A DNA stretch of 44,069 bases from Spirochaetota bacterium (GTDB lineage: Bacteria; Spirochaetota; UBA4802; UBA5550): assembly GCA_042569985.1 (NCBI GenBank), contig JBHPHB010000004.1, forward strand, positions 1 through 44,069. The letters run 5' to 3'. This document shows positions 36,841 through 44,069 of the stretch, one piece after another. The notes beneath the pieces were generated by a model, which was given only the letters and a program-made list of their open reading frames with translations, did no database searches and was not told the DNA's origin. Every line of letters begins with the position of its first letter. Positions within the stretch are counted from its first letter, which is position 1. Position numbers and translations under genes: made by a program.

Positions 36841-38031
36841 ATGGATAAGGTAATATACCTGGACAATAATGCAACAACAATGGTTGATCCTGAGGTTATT
36901 GATGCAATGTTGCCCTTTCTAAAAGACGGATATGGAAATCCTTCCAGCATACATAGTTTTGGAGGGGATATTGCAAAACATATAAGTGAAGCAAGGATGA
37001 ATATTGCTCAGTTTATCGGTGCGGATCATGATTACGAGATAGTATTTACAGGAACAGGAACTGAAAGTGATAATATGGCAATACTGGGCAGTATCGCTTA
37101 TTACAAAAATAAAAAACATATTATAACTTCAAGGGTCGAACATCCGGCAATACTTTCTCTGTGTAAAAAACTGGAGCGTGATGGTTACAGGATAACCTTT
37201 GTTCCCGTTGATAAGGATGGGAACCTGAATTTTGAATTTCTCAAAGAATCAGTTGATGATGATACTGCCGTGGTATCAATAATGCATGCAAATAACGAAA
37301 CTGGCGTAATCTTCCCCATTGAAGAGATCGGTTCATTTCTGAAAGATAAGGGTATAACTTTCCATGTAGATGCTGTTCAGGCTGCTGGCAAAATCCCCAT
37401 TGATGTTAACAGCCTGAATTGTGATTTGCTTTCCATATCGGGTCATAAGTTTCACGCACCCAAGGGTATTGGTGCCCTCTATGTAAGGAGAGGGACCAGG
37501 CTTAGGCCGATTTTATATGGAGGTCATCAGGAAAAGGGCAGGCGGCCAGGTACTGAAAATGTTCCGGGAATTGTTGCACTTGGTAAGGCTGCAGAACTTG
37601 CTTCGTTGCATCTTAAAGACAATACAAAGATGAAGAAATTAAGAAATAAACTTGAAACCGGAATAATTGATAAGTTTAAGAATGTAAGTATTAATGGGAA
37701 TGTAGATGCCAGGGTTCCCAATACTACAAATGTTGGCTTTGAGTATATAGAAGGCGAGGCAATCCTTTTATACCTGAATGAAAAAAGAATTGCCGCTTCT
37801 TCAGGTTCAGCTTGCTCATCAGGTTCACTTGAGCCATCTCATGTTTTAAGGGCAATGGGTGTTCCCTTTACTTCTGCGCATGGTTCCATCAGGTTTAGTT
37901 TGAGCAGGTTTACCACGGAAAAGGAAATTGATTATGTACTGGAAGTTGTTCCCGATGTTGTAGAGAGACTTCTTGATATATCTCCCTATTGGGATAGTAA
38001 AAAGAAAGTGGGAATACCCGTAAACCTATAA
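36841..38031 (+). CDS. nifS: Cysteine desulfurase NifS
   Basis: YLDNNATT, HVDAVQ, SGHKFH, SSGSACSSGSLEPSHVL; follows nifU. Confidence 0.95.
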   Translation: MDKVIYLDNNATTMVDPEVIDAMLPFLKDGYGNPSSIHSFGGDIAKHISEARMNIAQFIGADHDYEIVFTGTGTESDNMAILGSIAYYKNKKHIITSRVEHPAILSLCKKLERDGYRITFVPVDKDGNLNFEFLKESVDDDTAVVSIMHANNETGVIFPIEEIGSFLKDKGITFHVDAVQAAGKIPIDVNSLNCDLLSISGHKFHAPKGIGALYVRRGTRLRPILYGGHQEKGRRPGTENVPGIVALGKAAELASLHLKDNTKMKKLRNKLETGIIDKFKNVSINGNVDARVPNTTNVGFEYIEGEAILLYLNEKRIAASSGSACSSGSLEPSHVLRAMGVPFTSAHGSIRFSLSRFTTEKEIDYVLEVVPDVVERLLDISPYWDSKKKVGIPVNL

Positions 38032-38055
38032 TATAAAAGTTTTTTAATCCTGTCT

Positions 38056-39927
38056 TTACACTTTAAAAAAATCTGTCTTGTCTTTAAGGGATTTTGCTAT
38101 TTCTGATAACCCCTTTGCTTTTGTTGACATATCTTCAGAGCCCCTGGCATTGGACTGTGTAATTTCATTGATCAATGAAATTGATTTTACAATTTCCTCA
38201 AAGGCATTTTTCTGTTCCTCCGTTGAAATCTTTATCTCATCAGATTTATTTTTAACATCATCAGCTTTATCATTTACTGCTTCGTTTGATTCAAGCTGCT
38301 TTTGCATTAATTCGAATATCTGCTGCATCATGTTTGAGATTGTCGAAACCCCTTCGATTATTTCGCTAATTATATTTACGGTATTGTTTACTGTTTCCAT
38401 ACCTTTTGTAATTTCAGAATTGTTGCTCTGAATTAAAGAATCAATGCTTTTAATACTTATGGAAGTCTTATCTGCCAGCTTTGATATTTCATCGGCAACG
38501 ACTGCAAAACCTCTTCCAAACTCACCGGCCCTTGCTGCTTCAATGGCCGCATTCAGTGAAAGGAGGTTTATCTGGTCAGAGATGTCATTGATGATTTCCA
38601 CGATGCTGACCATTTCAGTAGAACTGTTGTTTATTACCCCCATATTGCTGTACATTACTTTGAGAGAATCCTCACCTTCCTTTGCCTGGCCGGAGATATT
38701 ATTCGACAGGGATGAAGCATCTTTTATGCTATTGCCCATCTTGCTCATTTCACCTGCCAGTTCATTGATGTTGATTATTAAAGATGACATGTTATTGAAT
38801 TGCTGACTTGCCCTGTTTGCAATATTTTCTATCGCAGCAGATACCTCTTCCACAGTGGCGCTTATCTCTTCAGCAGAAGCTGCCTGGTTTTGTGAGTTCT
38901 CTGAAAAAGAAACTGTTGATGTTAGCATATCACCTGAGGCATCGTTTATAAAATTAGTCGTTTTTTTAATATCATTTACTATGTTTCTCAGTTTTTCCCT
39001 GAATACATCTGTTAGAATTACCATCTCTGTTAACTCATCGGGTGCTATAATTTTCATAACTTTACATTCCCTGCAATCATTATGTTTTCCATTTATTATT
39101 GAGGGGCATTCAACTTTATTGTCGATTAAATTAGCATAAGAACCGACCTCAATGAAACAGGAGCAGTTATCCTTGCCAAACATATAACAATTTACTTCTT
39201 CACAGCCTTTAACCTCACTGCAGTTAACTTTTACCATGGGCAATTCTTCAGAGAGGTTTCCCGTTGTGAGGATTGATAGCCCATGTTTCATTTTGTCAAT
39301 ACCCTGCATAATTTTTTTACCGATAGAAAAGCCGGATACCAATATTACTATTACAACTAACAGAAAAACCGGGACAATTATTATTTGAAGAAATACTGAT
39401 ATATTGGTTCTTTCTCTCATGCTGGCCTTAACGTTAATATCATTTTCCCTAATATATTTACTAATGGTCTCTTGAATTGCTTTCAAATTTACCGCAAAAG
39501 CTTTATTATAAGTTTTGGTTTTACCTTTTTTATTTCCAATGGTTTTTATTCGTTTTACTGAGTCATGCAGTCTGTTGTGATATTTCTCAATGCCTGTCAT
39601 TTCTTTCTTTAGTTGAGGAGATAATCTATCAAACCTTTTCAGTTCTACCATCTTATAATACCATTTGCCAAAACTACAGTTCTCGGGGGTTAGTTTATCC
39701 TTGAATTTCCTGTTGTTTAGAATCGATGTCAGCAGTTGATTCGAATATTCAAGCTGTTTGTAAATTGACAGGCTTACTTCAATCTGGTTGGTTTTTAAGG
39801 TATTAATTTTTTTATTGTAGGTCATGTTTGTTTTTACAAAGAGGAATTCAATGAAGAGTTGGATTATTACCATTAAAAGTGTTATTGCTACTATAGTAAT
39901 TAGTGATTTTTTTATTGAAAGTTTCAT
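38056..39927 (-). CDS. Methyl-accepting chemotaxis protein with CZB-like sensor and Cys-rich insert
   Basis: Two TM helices; [29 protein letters not shown] signalling tip; GGAG RBS before ATG at 39927. Confidence 0.93.
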   Translation of the reverse strand: MKLSIKKSLITIVAITLLMVIIQLFIEFLFVKTNMTYNKKINTLKTNQIEVSLSIYKQLEYSNQLLTSILNNRKFKDKLTPENCSFGKWYYKMVELKRFDRLSPQLKKEMTGIEKYHNRLHDSVKRIKTIGNKKGKTKTYNKAFAVNLKAIQETISKYIRENDINVKASMRERTNISVFLQIIIVPVFLLVVIVILVSGFSIGKKIMQGIDKMKHGLSILTTGNLSEELPMVKVNCSEVKGCEEVNCYMFGKDNCSCFIEVGSYANLIDNKVECPSIINGKHNDCRECKVMKIIAPDELTEMVILTDVFREKLRNIVNDIKKTTNFINDASGDMLTSTVSFSENSQNQAASAEEISATVEEVSAAIENIANRASQQFNNMSSLIININELAGEMSKMGNSIKDASSLSNNISGQAKEGEDSLKVMYSNMGVINNSSTEMVSIVEIINDISDQINLLSLNAAIEAARAGEFGRGFAVVADEISKLADKTSISIKSIDSLIQSNNSEITKGMETVNNTVNIISEIIEGVSTISNMMQQIFELMQKQLESNEAVNDKADDVKNKSDEIKISTEEQKNAFEEIVKSISLINEITQSNARGSEDMSTKAKGLSEIAKSLKDKTDFFKV

Positions 39928-40195
39928 GGAATTCTCCAATTCAAAATGGATTTATCGATTTTTTGCTTATTATAAATCTAATAAACAGTTATTTATTGTC
40001 AATCAACTTACATTTAATTATAATGTTAAATTGTTGTTAAATGTCTATTAAAAAAATCTGTTGATGAAAATGGGATTTTTTTATTTTAGTGAGGTTCTCG
40101 ATTATTATAATCGGGGATAATTCAGGTTTAAGGAATGATTGAGGTACCAGGATAAATTGTGCTCTCTTTTATTGATGCTGGTAGAGAGTAGTTTG

Positions 40196-41032
40196 TTACC
40201 TGGCTACATCATTGATAAGTTTACCAAGAGTCTGGTCATGAGTAAGTATGGATTTCTGGTTTGCTTCGTAGCTCCTCTGAACCTCAATAAGATTAACCAT
40301 TTCCGTGACAGCATTTACATTTGATTTTTCAATAAATCCCTGCTTAATCTTATACTGATTTGGAGGTAATGGAGGGCCTGAAAGCTCTGTTTCCCTGTAA
40401 AGGGAATTACCTTCTTTTTTTATTTCTCTGATATTTTCAAAATCAACGATTTTTAGTTTATCAATAACAACCGGTTCTTTCCAGTCATTATTATTCATGC
40501 CAACTACGTCTCTGGCTTCCCTTGAAATGGCATTATTAACCAGTATCTCGCCTCTTTCGTTGATCATAAAGTTGTTTTGCTGAATTTTTATTATGCCATT
40601 TTCACCCATGACAGGATATCCGTTATGGTTGACCAGTATTCCGTCATTATTTATAGTAAAGGAGCCGTTTCGGGTATACCTTTCCCCTCTTTCGGTATTA
40701 ACTGTAAAAAAACCTTTGCCTTCAATTGCCATATCAAAATTATTTTCTGTTCTTTTAAGAGCTCCCTGGCTGAAAAGAGTATATACTTCATTTACCTCAA
40801 CCCCGGTACCCAGTTTTCCAACAGTGGGCATAGTGTCATAAGAACCTACGGGAACAATTCCAAGGCCATCATCATTCAATCTCCTGATAATCATATCCGG
40901 AAAGGCTTTAAAGATTGTTATATCCTTTTTATACCCGTTTTTATCAACATTTGCCAGGTTATTTGCTATTGCATCGAGCCTGGCCTGTTGTGATATCATT
41001 CCACTGCTGCCGGTATATATTCCTCTAAGCAT
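40196..41032 (-). CDS. flgF: Flagellar basal-body rod protein (FlgF/FlhO type)
   Basis: MLRGIYT, ANNLAN, YTRNG, IEKSNVN, QRSYEANQK; could be a FlgG paralogue. Confidence 0.75.
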   Translation of the reverse strand: MLRGIYTGSSGMISQQARLDAIANNLANVDKNGYKKDITIFKAFPDMIIRRLNDDGLGIVPVGSYDTMPTVGKLGTGVEVNEVYTLFSQGALKRTENNFDMAIEGKGFFTVNTERGERYTRNGSFTINNDGILVNHNGYPVMGENGIIKIQQNNFMINERGEILVNNAISREARDVVGMNNNDWKEPVVIDKLKIVDFENIREIKKEGNSLYRETELSGPPLPPNQYKIKQGFIEKSNVNAVTEMVNLIEVQRSYEANQKSILTHDQTLGKLINDVAR

Positions 41033-42301
41033 TTAGGAACCTCCTCCTTTTACCCTTACAATATCGGCACCTATGCTTAATAACTTTTGAGTTAAATTTT
41101 CATATCCGCGGTCAGAATGATAAATTCTTCGTATTTCTGTTTCACCCTTTGCGGCAAGGGCTGCCAGAATAAGGGCAGCGCCTGCCCTGAGATCAGACAT
41201 CATTATCGGTGCTGAGGAGAGTTTTTTTACACCCCTTATAATTGCAACATTTCCCTCAATAGTAATATCTGCACCCATACGCCTCAGTTCAGCAATATGG
41301 GTGAACCTGTTTTCAAATATTGTTTCAATAACATTGTTAATGCCTGGAACTGTGGATGCCAGTGCTGTGATTGGGGCCTGCAGGTCCGTTGGGAATCCGG
41401 GATATGGCCTTGTCGATATTATTGTCCCGGTAAGATTCTTGGTTGGGCTGATGGAGACCCAGTTTTTATTTTTTTTAATTTTAAAATTCATTTCCTCAAG
41501 AGATAGGAGTAACGCTTCTAAATGCTCCGTGACTACATTTGTAATTTTTATATTTCCCCTTGTTATTGCCCCTGCCAGTAAATAGGTCCCGGCTTCAATC
41601 CTGTCCGGGATTACTGTATAAGTAGTGGGTTTCAGCTTTTTTACACCCTCAATTTCTATTGTTTCAGTGCCAAGTCCAGTGATTTTTGCGCCCATATTAT
41701 TGAGAAAGTTCCCCAAGTCTACGATATCCGGTTCCATTGCACAGTTCTCAAGAACCGTTTTTCCTTTTGCAAGGCTGGCTCCCATCAAAAGATTTGCCGT
41801 TGCGCCTACAGATACTGTTCTCATTGTATATACGGCGCCTTTCAATTGGCTAGTCCTTGCTTTTACATAACCGTGCTTGAGTTTAACATCAACGCCCATT
41901 GCTTCAAATCCGGAAAGGTGAATATCGATGGGTCTGGCCCCGATTGAACATCCCCCGGGCAGTGAAACATCAGCTTCTCCGATCCTGGCGAGAAGGGGGC
42001 CCATTACATAAACAGATGCTCGCATTGTTTTTACCAGCTCGTAGGGGACTTCATTATTTTTTATGGATTTCGTATTAATTTTAAGTAAGTTTTTTTTAAT
42101 ATTAAAATCATGTTCAACGCCAAGGTATTCCATTACCTTCAGTATTGTTCTAATATCTTTTAAATTGGGGACATTTTTAAGAGTTGTTTCTCCATTTGCC
42201 AGCATGCTGGCCACAATTATGGGGAGGGCAGCATTTTTTGCTCCTGAGATTTTAACTTCACCGGAAAGTTTTTTGCCGCCTTTAATTTTATAGTAATCCA
42301 A
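41033..42301 (-). CDS. murA: UDP-N-acetylglucosamine 1-carboxyvinyltransferase
   Basis: SGAKNAALP, MRAS, LPGGCSIGARP with catalytic Cys, PDRIEAGT, YPGFPTDLQ, DLRAGA. Confidence 0.97.
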   Translation of the reverse strand: MDYYKIKGGKKLSGEVKISGAKNAALPIIVASMLANGETTLKNVPNLKDIRTILKVMEYLGVEHDFNIKKNLLKINTKSIKNNEVPYELVKTMRASVYVMGPLLARIGEADVSLPGGCSIGARPIDIHLSGFEAMGVDVKLKHGYVKARTSQLKGAVYTMRTVSVGATANLLMGASLAKGKTVLENCAMEPDIVDLGNFLNNMGAKITGLGTETIEIEGVKKLKPTTYTVIPDRIEAGTYLLAGAITRGNIKITNVVTEHLEALLLSLEEMNFKIKKNKNWVSISPTKNLTGTIISTRPYPGFPTDLQAPITALASTVPGINNVIETIFENRFTHIAELRRMGADITIEGNVAIIRGVKKLSSAPIMMSDLRAGAALILAALAAKGETEIRRIYHSDRGYENLTQKLLSIGADIVRVKGGGS

Positions 42302-42332
42302 CCTGTTTCTCCTTAACGTAGTAGTCTCAAAT

Positions 42333-42503
42333 TTATTTTCTTATATCTTTTTTAATGTCATTTTTAATATCATCTATCTCACTTTTCAATTTAAAAATTT
42401 CTCTTCCCATATTTTTCATTGAAGAGATTGCTTTGCCGCCTCCAAAAATAACAATTATTATTACGGCAATAATTACTACCTCAAGCCAGCCCGGAAATGT
42501 CAT
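42333..42503 (-). CDS. tatA: TatA/E-family twin-arginine translocase subunit
   Basis: PGWLEVVII..IFGG TM helix and hinge, then amphipathic helix; AGGAGG RBS before ATG at 42503. Confidence 0.7.
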   Translation of the reverse strand: MTFPGWLEVVIIAVIIIVIFGGGKAISSMKNMGREIFKLKSEIDDIKNDIKKDIRK

Positions 42504-42654
42504 GGAACCCTCCTGTATAAACAAGTGCGAATAAGTAAGATAATATGGAAAAATTTTATAAAAGAGATTAAAAGTAAAGAATAATTTCCGCTTGAAAAGA
42601 AATTCTTTTATTAACCCCGGGATATGTTGTTTATTTTAGAATTCTATGGGCCCC

Positions 42655-43815
42655 TTATCTAAAAGGGATATATATTATTCTCCCGGGGCGAATGTTTTGA
42701 GGTCTTCTGATTTTATTGTATCTTAAAATTATTCTCGTTGACCGTTTGTATTTCCGGGCAATTTCTGAAATTGTATCTCCCCTCTTTACAATATATTTAC
42801 TTACCCTTCTGTATTTGTATCTGTATCTATATAGTTTTTTACTGTACTTACTGAGTCTTTTGATACCTTCAACGGGCATTCTAAATGAATACTTCTTTGT
42901 ATTGGGAGGGAGATATTTTTTTTTGAGTTCCGGATTATATTGTAACAAAATGTTTAGTGGAATTTTTGAAAATTTTGAAATATATTTAATATTGGCGGGA
43001 TAATTGAACGTCACATTTTTTGTTATGTATGTTGTTGGTTTTTCAATTTCTTCATGTATACCGAAGAGCTTCTGATTTTTATATATAATTACAAGGGCAA
43101 TAAATTTTGGCAGAAATTCACTAGTTTCCTTTCTCAATGCTCCGGAGTCACTTAATTCCCAAAAATTTTTTGTGCCCGTTTTTTTTATGGCCCTGTAAAC
43201 ATGTATGTTTCCCCCGTTATATGCGGCAAGTGCCAGTTCCCAGGATCTAAAAAATCTATATGAATTTTTAATATGCCTGATCGCAGCAATTGTCGATTTT
43301 TCAATATCCCTTCTTTCGTCTATCCACCTGTTTCTCTTTAGGCCCAGCGGCTTTGATGTGTTTGGAACAAATTGCCACAGTCCCACTGCGTTGCTTTTTG
43401 ATACGGCGAATGGGCTAAAGCTACTCTCAAGAAGCGGGAGAAGGGATATCTCAATTGGAACATCCTTGTTCTTTGTAAATATCTCCCGGATTATATCATG
43501 GTAAATGTATGACCTTCTTATTGCATTCTTTAAAAAGTTTCTACCTTTTGTCAGGTATAGAAAGATAAACTTTCTAACTTTCTTTTTTCTGCAGATTGAT
43601 AAATCATTTATTGATTGAAAAATTTCTTTGCTCTTTAATGGAGGGAGAAAGTGTATGTCTCTTTCGGGGATAAAACTTTGTAGTTTTAAATTATCTTTTT
43701 TGTCAGTCGGATTTATAATCATTTTGTAAAGGTCCCAGGAAAGAGCCTCATTGGTATGGCCAAATATGATTGATATAATTATCAGGGCAGCTATTATTAT
43801 GTTATTAAATTTCAT
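42655..43815 (-). CDS. Lytic transglycosylase with LysM (MltD-like)
   Basis: Signal peptide, catalytic LES, AVGLWQF, DERRD, AAYNGG, C-terminal LysM VKRGDTISEIA. Confidence 0.9.
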   Translation of the reverse strand: MKFNNIIIAALIIISIIFGHTNEALSWDLYKMIINPTDKKDNLKLQSFIPERDIHFLPPLKSKEIFQSINDLSICRKKKVRKFIFLYLTKGRNFLKNAIRRSYIYHDIIREIFTKNKDVPIEISLLPLLESSFSPFAVSKSNAVGLWQFVPNTSKPLGLKRNRWIDERRDIEKSTIAAIRHIKNSYRFFRSWELALAAYNGGNIHVYRAIKKTGTKNFWELSDSGALRKETSEFLPKFIALVIIYKNQKLFGIHEEIEKPTTYITKNVTFNYPANIKYISKFSKIPLNILLQYNPELKKKYLPPNTKKYSFRMPVEGIKRLSKYSKKLYRYRYKYRRVSKYIVKRGDTISEIARKYKRSTRIILRYNKIRRPQNIRPGRIIYIPFR

Positions 43816-44069
43816 ATAAGTGTAACACGATTTTTTGTTAAGATTTTCAAATGAAATAAAAAAATATTATAATCAACATTGCATTTATTAACCTGAATAT
43901 TTTGCAACAAATGCAATTTATCAATTCCCATAATTCAGGTACATCAAAGGAATATAAAACAAATATATAAATGGACACCTAGAAGTATATCAAAATTAAT
44001 AAAAAAAATAGTTGTATTATTTTTCATTATAGTATAAATGTAATTTGGTGGAAATGATTTTTGAGATTA

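Noticed and set aside
35946-38031. Evidence of nitrogen fixation
   Set aside because: nifU and nifS alone are Fe-S assembly genes; no nitrogenase structural genes in the window
271-43504. Numerous antisense and alternate-frame ORFs in the track (e.g. 12661-13284, 31911-32432, 24196-24405, 40139-40324)
   Set aside because: They overlap well-supported genes and lack motifs or RBS; typical shadow ORFs

Overview
AT-rich chromosomal window from a spirochaete, most likely a Leptospirae-like lineage. The evidence is a FlaA sheath protein, FlgE with the Lys166/Cys179 crosslink pair, and Leptospira-style hypothetical proteins. Contents in order: cobT-cobQ; a PAS-GGDEF cyclase; a minus-strand run of Lys-rich protein, moaD, moaE, apgM, SH3 protein and SDR; an unannotated 43-aa zinc-ribbon gene; flaA; an aromatic-repeat exported protein heading mlaE-mlaF-mlaD; tetR; carB-pyrR; a PP2C phosphatase with six 21-aa repeats; a split transketolase plus RubisCO-like protein (form IV) operon divergent from a polyprenyl synthase; terB-like, gloB, rluD; trpS; fliK-flgD-flgE; a TrmH-family methylase; an MFS transporter; nifU-nifS; an MCP with two unusual Cys/His modules; and mltD-tatA-murA-flgF. 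I saw no rRNA, tRNA, CRISPR array, transposase or prophage gene. The strongest candidate for an undescribed system is the tktA-tktB-RLP operon. Its RLP looks like the KDDH isomerase type, and its transketolase appears to have lost His residues that bind donor hydroxyls, suggesting a new route for SAM by-product (deoxy- or methylthio-pentulose phosphate) salvage. Other notable signals are a dif-like or tandem-palindrome site at 33291-33324, a candidate new outer-membrane partner of an MCE/Mla system, and the MCP architecture. All family calls rest on motif recognition by eye; no searches were run.
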